A stretch of 64,000 nucleotides of DNA. Source: Dendrobates tinctorius. Taxonomy: Eukaryota. Below, in pieces: positions 38,831-51,238 of this stretch. Under the pieces are notes generated by a model. It was not told the origin of the DNA and did not search any database. It was given only the letters and a program-made list of their open reading frames with translations. Both the position numbers and the translations under genes were made by a program. Numbering within the stretch: position 1 is the first letter of the stretch; every line of letters starts with the position of its first letter. The stretch spans positions 13,020,001 through 13,084,000 of the forward strand of contig NW_027361737.1 of the NCBI RefSeq assembly GCF_039654945.1, given 5' to 3'.

Positions 38831-40339
38831 GAAGATAGTGCCCCTGTAAAAGGGACTCCTAGAGACACCCCAAGAATCCCAGGACTTCACGGCTGTGGAG
38901 TCTTTGCTCAGTTGGTGGAACACCAGCCACAGGAGATGGCCCGGACTACCGGGAATTCGATGCACCGTTGTGCAATTCATAGGATAGTTCTGCATCCAAG
39001 TTAAAAGAAATGTTTTTTTTTTTTTTTTGTTCTCCCCTGACACAGCGGGGACGCATATGGGGAGGTGCTCATGGCAAAGGAAGGGGGAGTGTTATGATTG
39101 AGTCACCGTAGGAGGCAGACACAAAAATAGAAGCTAAGTCCAGAAAACCAGAGAAGTTGGCAACTATCAGATTGCAGACCCCTGAACCTATCAACACAAC
39201 TAGCAGTAGCCGTGGGGGGTTCCTACGATGCCCTAGACCCCTCGATCACAGCCGGAGCGCTAAATAGCCTAAAGACAGAAAAGGAAATCTAAACTGCCCC
39301 AGAGCAGACCCCAAAGTAAAAGGCAGCCCCCAACATATAATGACGGTGAAGCAAGATGAAAAAACACTCACACAGATAGAAAGATAGGCTGAGCAAACGA
39401 TGGGGCCCAAGCTAGCTAAACAGAACAGGAAAGGAAGGTTGCTGTCTGCAATCTGCCAAAACCCTATCAAAGACATAAGCCAACAAGCTGATATGAAAAA
39501 GACCCTGAAGCAGCTAGGCTTCAAAAACTAAATCAGCACTCAGGTATTTTCAGAAGACAGAGCTAAAGGAATTCAGCACACCCCAGCAGGGAATGGCAGA
39601 AATCCAGAAAAACAAAGCAAAACAAAGTCTAAGCACAAATGCAAAAGGCCGAGCAGAAAACTTAGCTTTAGAGGAGCAGGAATTCAGACTGGTCTCCAAG
39701 GATCCCACAGAGAAATCACCCGCAGGGCAGAAGGGCAGCCTTATATCCAGTCAGTAACTCCACTCAGCCAGTCATCATCATCAGACTCAGGTGTTTGATA
39801 ATCAGGCTCACTACCTTTCTTTACCAGAAGAGGGAGTTCCTCGGGCCTCAGTAGTGAAGGGGAAAATGAACTCACAACAGTACCTCCCCCTTGAGGAGGG
39901 GTCACCGAACCCTCAACCACGCCACCAGGGCGATCAGGGTGAGCCCGATGAAAGGCACGCACCAATCTTTTTGGCATGAATATCAGAGGCAGAGACCCAG
40001 GAATTATCCTCCTGACCATAACCCTTCCACTTAACCAAATACTGGAGTCTCCGTCTAGCCAGACTGGAATCCAGTACTTTCTCTACCTCATATTCCATGT
40101 TACCTTCAATACAGGGTCTGGAGGTGCCACCCCTGGAACAACAGGTTCAACAAACCTCTTCAACAAAGATTTATGGAACACATTATGGATTTTACATGTG
40201 ACAGGAAGAGCCAAACGAAAAGAGACCGGATTAATAATCTCCAAAATCTTGTAAGGTCCAATAAATCTAGGCTTAAACTTAGGAGAAGCTACCTTCATAG
40301 CAATATTTTTTGATGATAACCACACCATATCACCAACCT

Positions 40340-42244
40340 TCAACTGGGGACCAATGATCCTATGTCGGTTGGAAAACCGCTGGGCCTTTTCCTGGGAGAG
40401 AGAGAACTTATCCACCACTTGGTCCCAGATCTGGTGCATTCTCTCCACCACAGTGTCAACACCTGGGCAGGCAGAGGGCTCCACCTGCCCTGAAGAAAAT
40501 CGAGGATGAAACCCAAAGTTACAAAAAAAGGTGACATCAAAGTGGCAGAACTAGCTCTATTATTCAAAGCAAATTCGGCCAAGGTCAAAAATGAAACCCA
40601 ATCATCCTGATCAGCAGAAATAAAACATCTCAAATATGACTCCAAGGTCTGGTTTGTTCTCTCTGTCTGCCCATTGGTCTGAGGGTGAAAAGCAGAGGAG
40701 AAGGACAACTGAATTCCCAGCTTGGAACAGAAAGTTCTCCAAAATCTAGACACAAACTGGACTCCTCTGTCAGAAACAATGTTCTCAGGAATCCCGTGCA
40801 AGCGAGCCACCTGTTGTAAAAACAGGGGCACCAACTCAGAGGAAGACGGCAACTTAGGGAGTGGTACAAGATGAACCATCTTAGAGAACCTATCACAAAT
40901 CACCCAAATAACAGTCATCCTTTGAGAGACAGGCATATCCGAGATGAAATCCATTGAAATACGGGTCCATGGCCTCTTGGGGACAGGCAAAGGCATCAAC
41001 AACCCACTAGAGCGAGAACACGATTTAGACCGGGAGCACGTCCCACAGGACTGCACAAAATTCCTGACATCACGAGACAAGGAGGGCCACCAAAAAGACC
41101 GACTCACCAGATCTCTAGTACCAAAAATACCTGGATGACCAGCCAAAGCAGAGCAATGAACTTCAGACATCACTCTCTTCTTCCACTGGTCAGGAACATA
41201 CAACTTTCCACTGGGACAACGCTCAGGTTTGTCCTCCTGGAACACTTCCAGAGCACGTCTCAAATCGGGCGAGATGGCAGAAAGAACTACCCCTTCGCCT
41301 AAGATGGTAGCAGGCTTGGTCACCACAGGAGAATCAGCAAAGAAGCTCCAAGAGAGGGCGTCTGCCTTGACATTCTTAGTGCCCGGAAGAAAAGAAACCA
41401 CAAAATCAAAACGTGTAAAAAACAAGGCCCACCTAGCCTGTCTAGGGTTCAAGCGCTTAGCCGACTCTAGGTAAATCAAATTCTTGTGGTCAGTGAGGAC
41501 CACGACTTGATGCTTAGCTCCCTCCAACCAATGTCTCCACTCCTCAAATGCCCATTTCATGGCCAACAGTTGCCGATTCCCCACATCATAGTTACGTTCA
41601 GATGGAGAGCACTTTCGGGAAAAGAAAGCACAGGGATTCATTTTAGATGTTACAGGATCCTTTTGGGACAAAACAGCTCCTGCACCAATCTCCGAAGCAT
41701 CCACCTCTACCTGGAACGGAAGTGAGACATCAGGTTGCCGCAAAACCGGGGTGGAGGTGAATCTTCGCTTCAGCTCCTGAAAGGAAGAAACAGCCTCCGG
41801 AGACCAATTTAACACATCAGCACCCTTCTTAGTCAAATCAGTCAATGGCTTGGCAATACTAGAAAATTTTGCTATAAATTTTCGATAAAAATTAGCAAAA
41901 CCCAAAAACTTCTGGAGGGCCTTCAAAGAAGTGGGCTGAACCCAATCGTAAATGGCCTGTACCTTGGCCGGGTCCATTTCAATATTTGACGGGGACAAAA
42001 TAAATCCCAAAAAAGAAATCCTCTGTACTCCAAAAAGGCATTTAGATCCTTTAACATACAGGGAATTCTCCCTCAAGATCCAGAACACAGTCCGAATATG
42101 TTCCACATGAGAATCCCAATCCTTGGAGAAGATCAAAATATCATCCAGATAGATAATCAAAAATTTATCGACAAAATCTCGGAAAATATCGTTCATGAAG
42201 CACTGGAAGACAGAAGGGGCATCAGTGAGCCCAAAAGGCATCAC
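40340..42244 (-). pseudogene. Chromovirus pol (RT-RNase H-integrase), interrupted on both sides
   Basis: MPFGLTDAP, YLDDILI, VDASEIGAGAVL and the integrase core. Confidence 0.9.
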
Positions 42245-42474
42245 CAGGTACTCAAAATGTCCCTCCGGAGTATTAAACGCCGTCTTCCATTCATCCCCAT
42301 GCTTAATGCGAATAAGATTATACGCCCCCCTGAGGTCAAGCTTGGTAAACCAGCAAGCACCTTTAACTCTGGAGAATGGATCCGAAATCAGGGGTAACGG
42401 ATACTGATATTTTACAGTAATTTTGTTGAGGGCACGATAATCAATACAAGGTCTTAATTATCCATCCTTTTTGG

Positions 42475-43929
42475 CTACAAAAAAAAAAAGGCACCTAAGG
42501 TTGACGAGGATGGTCTAATATGACCCTTCTCCAACGCCTCCTTAATATAGGATCGCATAGCCTCGTGCTCGGGTACAGATAGATTGAAGAGCCGACCCTT
42601 GGGAAATTTACACCCCGGGCTCAGTTCAATTGCACAGTCATACCTCCTATGAGGAGGCAGAGACGCAGACTCATTCTCACTAAATACATCATAAAAGTCC
42701 GCCAAATAATCAGGAACATCATGTGACTGAGGAGAGGTGGAAAACACCGGAGCCTCACTAAAGGCACACCGACAACCCCAACTCACCACAGACACAGATT
42801 TCCAATCCAAAACTGGATTATGAATTTGTAACCAGGGAAACCCCAGAACAATAGTATCATGCAGATTATGCAACACCAAAAATCTGCAATTTTCTTGATG
42901 GTCTGGGGCGACCCACATTACCACCTGGGTCCAAAACTGAGGTTTATTTTTAGCCAAAGGAGTAGCATCAATCCCCCTCAAAGGGATAGGCGTCTGCAGA
43001 GGTGTCATCGGAAATCCACAACGTTTAGCAAAATCCAAGTCCATTAGGTTTAGGGCTGCTCCCGAATCCACAAAAGCCTTGGCGGAAAATGTGGACAGGG
43101 AGCAGATCAGAGTAATAGCCAGAAGAAACTTAGGTTGAACACCACCAACAGAAAACGTGTGTGCAAAGCGTTTCTCTCGTTTAGGACAGACGGAGATAAT
43201 ATGCGAGGCATCTCCACAGAAAAAACACAACTTATTACGCCTTCTGAACTCCTGTCGCTGCTCTCTGGAAAAAACTCTATCACATTGCATAGGTTCAGAC
43301 ATTTGTTCAACAGGTGGCAACACCTCTCGTGCAGCTTTGCGTTCGCGCAAACGCCGATCAACCTGAATGGCTAATGACCTAGAATCGTCAAGACCAGAGG
43401 GAACCGGAAATCCCACCATAGTATCTTTTACGGCTTCTGACAACCCCTTCCGAAAGAGAGCAGCCAAGGCATTATCATTCCAGGTAGTAAGTACTGCCCA
43501 CTTTCGGAATTTTTGACAGTACAATTCTGCAGGATCACGACCCTGGTTCAATGCCAGCAGGGTCTTTTCAGCCTGATCAATGGCATTAGGTTCGTCATAC
43601 AACAACCCTAAGGCCTGAAAAAATGCGTTCACATTAGTCAGAATAGGATCTTCTGGTTTCAAAGAAAACGCCCAATCCTGGGGATCGCCACGCAGCAAAG
43701 AGATGACCATTTTAACCTGCTGCACGGAGCTCCCTGACGAGTTAGGCTTCAAGGCAAAAAATAATTTACAATTATTTTTGAAATTCAAAAATTTAGACCG
43801 ATCCCCAAAAAATACATCAGGTGTAGGAATCTTTGGTTCAGCAGCATGTGAATGAGCAAGGTAGGCGGAAATTCCCCGCACTTCCGCAGCGAGCTGCTCC
43901 ACACGATCAGACAATTGCTTTATCTCCAT
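42475..43929 (-). CDS. Chromovirus gag-protease (484-aa open segment)
   Basis: ORF track 42475..43929 contains a gag capsid-like region, a zinc knuckle and a DSG protease. Confidence 0.85.
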   Translation of the reverse strand: MEIKQLSDRVEQLAAEVRGISAYLAHSHAAEPKIPTPDVFFGDRSKFLNFKNNCKLFFALKPNSSGSSVQQVKMVISLLRGDPQDWAFSLKPEDPILTNVNAFFQALGLLYDEPNAIDQAEKTLLALNQGRDPAELYCQKFRKWAVLTTWNDNALAALFRKGLSEAVKDTMVGFPVPSGLDDSRSLAIQVDRRLRERKAAREVLPPVEQMSEPMQCDRVFSREQRQEFRRRNKLCFFCGDASHIISVCPKREKRFAHTFSVGGVQPKFLLAITLICSLSTFSAKAFVDSGAALNLMDLDFAKRCGFPMTPLQTPIPLRGIDATPLAKNKPQFWTQVVMWVAPDHQENCRFLVLHNLHDTIVLGFPWLQIHNPVLDWKSVSVVSWGCRCAFSEAPVFSTSPQSHDVPDYLADFYDVFSENESASLPPHRRYDCAIELSPGCKFPKGRLFNLSVPEHEAMRSYIKEALEKGHIRPSSSTLGAFFFL

Positions 43930-46512
43930 TGAGGGAAAAAAAAATTCCCCCTACGGCCTCAGAGATATAGAGGAAAAAATATACAATTCTTTCCTGCTAT
44001 TGAGTACCCTAGGATCTGCGGTATGGCGGGTGATTCTGTTATGATTGAGTCACCGTAGGAGGCAGACACAAAAATAGAAGCTACGTCCAGAAAACCAGAG
44101 AAGTTGGCAACTATCAGGTTCAGGGGTCTGCAATCTATCAACACAACTAGCAGTAGCCGTGGGGGGTTCCTACGATGCCCTAGACCCCTCGATCACAGCC
44201 GGAGCGCTAAATAGCCTAAAGACAGAAAAGGAAATCTAAACTGCCCCAGAGCAGACCCCAAAGTAAAAGGCAGCCCCCAACATATAATGACGGTGAAGCA
44301 AGATGAAAAAACACTCACACAGATAGAAAGATAGGCTGAGCAAACGATGGGGCCCAAGCTAGCTAAACAGAACAGGAAAGGAAGGTTGCTGTCTGCAATC
44401 TGCCAAAACCCTATCAAAGACATAAGCCAACAAGCTGATATGAAAAAGACCCTGAAGCAGCTAGGCTTCAAAAACTAAATCAGCACTCAGGTATTTTCAG
44501 AAGACAGAGCTAAAGGAATTCAGCACACCCCAGCAGGGAATGGCAGAAATACAGAAAAACCAAGCAAAACAAAGTCTAAGCACAAATGCAAAAGGCCGAG
44601 CAGAAAACTTAGCTTTAGAGGAGCAGGAATTCAGACTGGTCTCCAAGGATCCCACAGAGAAATCGCCCGCAGGGCAGAAGGGTGTCGGCAGCCTTATATC
44701 CAGTCAGTAACTCCACTCAGCCAGTCATCATCATCAGACTCAGGTGTTTGATAATCAGGCTCACTACCTTTCTTTACCAGAAGAGGGAGTTCCTCGGGCC
44801 TCAGTAGTGAAGGGGAAAATGAACTCACAACAGGGGAGTATCCCTATCTGGTTAACATTTAGTTTTAGTATGTTTAAAAAAAAAAAAAAGAGAGGTAAAA
44901 GAAAAAAAAATCTGTTTTGATAAAAATGTGTTGCAGCAAATATGGAAAAGTGTGTAGTGAATTTGAAATGTTAAGGTGTTAAAAAAAAAAAAGTGTCCAA
45001 CAGGTCCCAGGTACGTGGAGTATGATGACCACGGCTTACTCAAGTTGACAGGACAACGAGACAGGAAGAAGGTAGACAGGCCGGGGTATTTGAGTCAGGC
45101 CCTCAGTGCGGCCCATGCCACTACATTTGGTGTAGTTCCGGGTATGAGGGTCTGTGTGACCAAGGGGTTTGTGTGACTAAGAGGTCTGTGTGACCGAGAC
45201 GCCGACCATGACTTGTTTTACAATGCCAGGTCCCTGACACCACGTACACCCCAGGAGAATAGGACGAGATTGTCGAGGACAACAATGGTTAAAGGAAGGG
45301 AGAATGTGCAGAGGTTGATCTGGTGGATGGATCTGCCTTTAGTGGTAGGCAGAGGGATAGCTCAGCGTAGGAATGGAAGTGCTGAGATGAAGAGGAAATG
45401 GGTGCCGTGCTGTAGAGTGACCATTAGAGGGCAGTGGTGAGCGGAGAAGAAAGTGGTTATTTAACTGCCATGGGTCAAGGTCATTGTCATTGGTAAGAGG
45501 TCTCTGTCAGGTGATAGTGGGCGGAGCTACCAGGGCAGGTAGTATAAAGGCTGAGGGAAGGTTCCAGTCAGCCAGGGGAGCTCACTAGATAGGAGGGTCT
45601 GCTGTGAAGTGAAAGGCAGCGGAGGGCCCTTAGAGAGGATCTGAAAGGAGAGACGGTCACGGGGAGTGGCCCAAAAGACAGCAGCGGCAGACAGAGACTG
45701 TCTGAGTGACAAGTAACGGTGTACTCTGAACGGTGAAGCGCTGTGGTGGAAGTGCCTAGGGCAGCCATAGTGAGGAGAGCCACAGAGGACGCCATGACGG
45801 TGAAACAGAGGAAGTGAAGGTACCCGGGTCTGTGTAAAAAGGAAGTGTGTAATTCCTGTGACAAAGTGCTGGGAGTAGTCAAAGAACGGTGAATAAACAC
45901 AGACCTGTTGAACTCCATTTCTGTCTCAAGTCTCCAGTCTGTCGGCGTCAAGAAGTGGGTCACCCCCCCCCCCCCAGTTCTGTGGGATCAGCACACCTTC
46001 CCCGCCTATCAGCATCAACAACAGTAGATCATGCCCTCGCTCAGCCCGACCACTACACCATCCTCTTTTGTAGCTGACGCAGGAGCCTTTAGCTGACTCT
46101 GGCATTACGGACAAATTCTCTTTAACTGATAAATGGCAGCCGCAGTTCTCAAGATTAAAGACAACTTCTTCTGGACTGTGGGTGCAAGTTAATGTCAAAA
46201 GATTTTTGAGGTGTTTTTTTTTTTTTTTTTTGCTTAAGTGCGTTCATTTTTGGCTAAAACATTTGTTGCAACTTTGATCTTCTACTAAACAATCTTTTAA
46301 ACTGATTTAGGCCTAAATCAAAGGGTTTTAGACCCTGTTGGATTCAATGGTAACTAATTCTGCAGTATATGTTCAGTGAAACCAAGCCTTTACGAGCTCA
46401 ACCATCCAAAATGTCCAAACATACTTTATTCCCCCTTGTTATATAGTTTCTAATTTTTATTGGGCACATTGAGGTAGTTACATTTATATATATTTTTTAT
46501 ATTAAAATACAG

Positions 46513-46708
46513 GATCTGCAAGTACTCCCAGTGGTCTGTGGTACAATGTAATAGAGCTGCCTTATCATGGAGGGAGTGTGAGCATGTTGGTGGCACTTCC
46601 TACAGATGAAAGCACTTTACTGTCTGCCATCATACCACACATTAGTACAAAAACTCTGCAAAGCTGGATGACGATGACCCCAAAGAGAGTACAGCTGATT
46701 TTGCCTAA
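46513..46708 (+). CDS. SERPINE2: SERPINE2 coding exon 4 (196 nt)
   Basis: SASTPSGLWYNVIELPYHGGSVSMLVALP..LSAIIPHISTKT..PKRVQLILPK; cag / gtaagc junctions. Confidence 0.96.
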
Positions 46709-47055
46709 GTAAGCGGCTATTTCTTAATTTTAAAATATTTGATATCTTGAGTATGTGTTCAAAATAGTCGTATTCTAAGACATTTCCTTTAGGGCATGTC
46801 TGCTAAGTTGCTAACCATACAATATCCATCCTAGAAGCTGTGTTGACTAGTAATTAGTGAAGATTGACCAAGTTGTATTGTTGCTCTTTTTGTGGGTCTT
46901 TTGTGGCCCAGAATTACATTTTAAAAAACTTCCACTAAGAATGAATATTGGTGTTTTCCATTTGGCAATCGAAGACATTTCCCATTTGTGGATCACTGCT
47001 ATGACTAGAATTCTGCGTATATGATGCATTTTTTAATCCACCATGTTCATTCTAG

Positions 47056-47156
47056 ATTCACAGTGGAGGCTGATGCTGATCTGAAGGAACCTCTTAGAAA
47101 CCTTGGCATCACTGACATGTTTGACTCCTATAAGGCGAATTTTACTCGGATTACTA
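47056..47156 (+). CDS. SERPINE2: SERPINE2 coding exon 5 (101 nt)
   Basis: FTVEADADLKEPLRNLGITDMFDSYKANFTRIT; tag / gtaagt junctions. Confidence 0.96.
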
Positions 47157-47189
47157 GTAAGTTGGAAAAGCCATAGCTACAGCTATTAA

Positions 47190-47756
47190 AGGCAACCTGT
47201 CGGATCTCCCATGGCCTCCAACCCAGCAGCATTCAGCCATGTGCGATTAAACTCCCTCCCTAACCAGCCCCGTATAACCTAATTCAGTTAAATAACCTCT
47301 GCTTTTCCTATGCTAGTGAAGACTTTGAGTAGTCGATGGGGCATTTAGTGTCTGAAAGTAGTCAGCCCTCTATCACTGTTTTCATGCCCTGTGGGTGTGA
47401 TAACATAAATTTCACTAGCCGGCATCATTGCCACTAATGCAAATCTAGCGCATGCGCACCGATCATTAAGGCAGTGTCACTGCGTCTCTGAAGCCGGGTG
47501 TATGCTTTATCATTCCCACAGGACACATGATAATGTGGAAATAGGGCTCACTAGTCTGGGGCAACTAATTAGTCAAAGCCCTCATTAGCATAGGAAAAGC
47601 GCTAGTTATAAACGATTTTTTAAAAACGTTCATGTAACTGAATTATATTATGCAGGGCTGGTTTGAGAGGGAGTTTAATCACACGTGGCTGAATTCTGTT
47701 GGACTGGAGGGCATGGGGGACTACCATCATTTTTATTTCCTGACACAACCTCCTGT
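47190..47756. mobile_element. Kolobok/T2-type MITE (diverged)
   Basis: TTAA-aggcaacctgtc start and inverted arms (attcagccatgtgcgattaaactccctc / gagggagtttaatcacacgtggctgaat). Confidence 0.65.
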
Positions 47757-47984
47757 ATAATGTGTTCATTTTTGTCCTTTTGTTTTGATATAACATCATA
47801 GTGTAAGATAAACTGGTTGCTATAATATGCTGCCTGACATTCGTCCGCCCTTCCCTCACTCCAAAAGGCCGTAAGTTATCCATACCAACAAGTCATAAAG
47901 GGGTTGTCCACTATTTCTATAATGATGACGTATACATTGTTCACCATTATCAGATGAGTGGGGCTCTAACACCCCTTAGCCTCA

Positions 47985-49244
47985 TGTGGCGCCCCCGAGG
48001 CTCAGTCGCCACAGAGGTACTGCACCTTCTCCTAAGGTGTAGTGCCCCACCATCCAGGTAAGGTGGGAACTCCTTTCCACGCTCCAACACTCGCACCCCA
48101 CACAACAGGGTAGTTCTGCACAACCACATTGCGGCTCAGTGCTTAGAGAGTAGCAGAGCACCTCTGGTGGTTCCCTGCTTGGAACACTGGATGTGCTGGG
48201 AGGTGGGTGGAGTTGAGAGACATAAAAGAGTGGGAAAGGGTAGGATGACGGGTCAGTCTGACAGGAGGTCAGTGAGGAAGGAAGCCACTCGGGAGGAGTG
48301 GGGATCCCTGGAAGAAGGGATGGAGGAAGGTGTGCTGCAGCTGCCTCAGTGATCTGAGACAGCTGGCACGGGAAAGGAAAAGGAGAAAGACTTAGAACTG
48401 CAACCTAAGCTTCCATAAGAGAGAGAGGGACTAGTACGGAACGAAGGAGTAGGAGAACAGTGGGTTGGAAGAGGAACCCTGCCTATAGGTCCTCAGCGCA
48501 AGGCCGGGGCCCAGTCCAGGAGGTTTAATGGACACTTATGGTTCTGCAGCAGACACCGGTGGAGTAGTTGGCTGTAAATGCACTACTCCCATCTAAGACT
48601 TGGGGCACAACAGGAACTGATTAGAGAGCCGGGACTCAGGAGAAGGGAGTCCCCGAAGCAGGCTACAGCTGTCTGCCGTACAAGTAGAGTTCTTGGGAAC
48701 ATCTGTAAAGAGTAACTCCAGGGTACCACGGTACTGGAGATCTTCACACCTTAAGGCGTTCAGGAAAGGTACACGGCGGAGTGTTGGAGAGGAGCTTTCC
48801 ATCTGGCCTGGAGGTTGGCTGAGTCTCTGACCCGGAGGACACGAATCGGAGGCAGGCACCCTTGTGTACCGCAGACTGTGAGTTAAGCCTTGGAACTGCA
48901 AGCCTTGGTGTCCTCCATTCATTCTTGCGTCAACCAGCTCAGCACTGCTACATCTGGGTACCATCCTTTACACTGCCCTGGGACATCAGCCCTGCCTGTG
49001 GAGGGCTATACCATCACTGCTGCACCACACCATCTGTCCCAGAGGACCTGTCTGCAGCGTCGGCTTAACACCTCCCTTGTCGAGTACCACAGGTGGCATC
49101 ACAAATTATTCTATTCCATTTCATTAACTACATTTCCCCATTACTTGGGCGCCCAGGGCCACGGGCCGGGTCACCGCTGCTGTGACACATCCCCAGGACA
49201 CCGGCCCGGTACCGAGTACCCCACGGCCCTGGGAGGGCGACCCA
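47985..49244. mobile_element. Solo LTR
   Basis: TGTGGCGCCC...GGGCGACCCA ends with 4-bp TSD CTCA; related to 59870-61025. Confidence 0.82.
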
Positions 49245-50940
49245 CTCACCCATCAGATGTGGCACCGACCAGATAGAAGTAATGTAGATAGCTCTGTTCG
49301 CTGTTTAGCGGCCGGTTGCTGTGAACTGCTGCTCAGTTCTTATTAATTTTAAAGTACCCAAGAACGGCCACTACACAGCGTAAGGAGCTGTGCTGTTCTG
49401 CTCTGTACATTGCTTCCATCCGTCTGCTGCCGATAGGTGGGGTTGCAAGGTTTCAAAACCCTGAATAGGTGAGGTTGCCAGGTGTCAGAACCCTGGTAGG
49501 TGGGGCTACCAGCTGTCAGGCCCCTGTGTTTCCTTGAAAATAAGTCTCCAAAAATCCTGCAAAAATCATGCCAAAGCCCATTTTGGGGTATACTCAAAAT
49601 ATAAGCCCTACTCCTATAATAAGTTCTAGTTAGTCAGGACCAGCATTCGAGTGGGTGTGGGTCGAAAACCAGGCATTTGTCTAGGGCCACCACTCTTGGG
49701 TGCAAACAGCATTTCTATTCTGGGGTTAAAATTGCTTAAGGCCCTTGGGTGCTACTAAAACTTTCAGATATGTAAGGGGAGCACCGAAGGGGATACTGGT
49801 ATGGAGACTTTTTTTTTTCAAGGCAATGCTCCATGAGATACAAATAAGGTGGATTACGTTACTTTTCATACTTTTTTCCATACTTTTTTTCATACTTTTT
49901 TTGTCTTTTAAATAAATCCCCTTGAGCTTCATCTAAGTCAGGGGTCCCCATCCTGTAGCTGAGGAATAATGTGGCTCGTGGGTCCATGATCTTTAGCTTG
50001 CATCTGTCTGCCAGCTTGCTGCATTTACACCTGGTCTATCAATCCGCTATAATGAGAGAATCTGCAGATGGTGACTTCTTGGAGTAGCCTCACACAAGAG
50101 CAGATCTTGGTGCACATTTACTGGCTTTGGGGTGTAGAGATAAATATGGTGAGCTGGATAAGATAATACGGAATGGGGGTAAGGTGGGGACCCCTAGATG
50201 TTAAAATCTATCACTGTGAGGGGCACACGATCATGGTGTGATCTCTGTGGGGAAGCTTTGGCTGTCATCACAGTAATGGATGGCACTGGCTGTCGCTTCT
50301 CCAAGGTAGGAGGCAGCTCTGTATGTGGCTTACGATCACCTCTGAGTTGAATGTGTCTCTGACAACCCCTTGTCAATCTGCGTGTCTGCCCCTGTTAAAA
50401 TAATACTCCCCTTACGTGCCAACGGTGTCTGCACTTGCTCTTCTGGAGCTCACGCAATGTTACGTCACGTGATCCTTGCATCCAATCAGAACCAGCTATG
50501 CAGTCCTGTCTTCGAATAAATATAACATCAAGTGACCTGTCATAAGCCTATGAGGATGCATATGTAAGCCAAGCACCATATAAAGACCCGCCACAGGACG
50601 CCCCGGAGCACGAAAATCTCATTATCGGAAAACTGCAAATGCAAATTAACAAACACCACTAGACGGATTTCATCAACCCAGGTATTCTTTTAATCAGTAT
50701 GACTATGCTGAACTGACACTGTCTGTAGTTTACGGAGCACAAACCTGCTGACAGGTTCCCTTTAAACACAGGTTGTATTGTAACAAAATAGGTAAAAAGT
50801 CAAGGGGTGTGAATACTTTTGTAAGTCACTGTTTTTATATTTTAATGGGGGCAAACACTGATTGAAAAGTTGCCCTAGTAGCCTCTTTTTATGGTTAGAA
50901 AAAAATCTAAGGCATCTTATGCCACCATCAAGCTTTGTGC

Positions 50941-50988
50941 TCTGTACAGATGAGGGTCAAGAGCCCACAAAACAGTAACTGCTACAGA
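50941..50988 (+). ncRNA. Decayed minimal type I hammerhead ribozyme motif
   Basis: tctgta-cAgatga-gggtc aaga gccc-acaaaac-agtaact-gc-tacaga. Stems I and II are intact; the core boxes CTGATGA, GAAA and GTC are mutated. Confidence 0.45.
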
Positions 50989-51238
50989 TGGGACGATGAT
51001 TTAGTAATGAACTGCTTTTCATAGATGCATACAGAGAATCTTATTTCTTGTACACTGCTGCCATCTGATGTCAAAGACTGGAATAAGTCAGCAGCGGGAA
51101 CATCTGTGATCACATCTGGTAGGAAAACATCTCATAGAGTTCTCACACAAATATACTGTGGACTTCAGATTTACCAAGAGGACTTGTGCTTCCTAAGTTT
51201 GGGGAACGCTGTGGCTTGATGCTGCAATGGGTCATCGG

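Larger units (their letters stand above)
39090..44832 (-). mobile_element. Ty3/Gypsy chromovirus (Tf1/sushi group), full length, a few frameshifts and stops
   Basis: LTRs at 39090-39879 and 44037-44832; ggggag duplicated on both flanks; gag CCHC (CFFCGDASHIISVC), protease FVDSGA, RT YLDD, RNase H DAS, integrase (SDRGVQF, HPQTNGQTER, GPY) and a chromodomain remnant (QYLVKWKGYGQEDNSW). Confidence 0.95.
36759..46057 (+). mobile_element. Non-autonomous LTR retroelement with tRNA-Ser PBS and decayed cold-shock-domain ORF, interrupted by a chromovirus
   Basis: LTRs at 36759-37513 and 45305-46057; 4-bp TSD CCAT; PBS TGGCGTAGTCGGCAGGAT at 37516-37533; PPT aaaggaagggagaa before 45305; no pol of its own. 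Confidence 0.9.

Noticed and set aside
39246-39524. Identical 92-aa hydrophobic ORF at 39246 and 44193
   Set aside because: Duplicated only because it lies in the two LTRs; no evidence of coding function.
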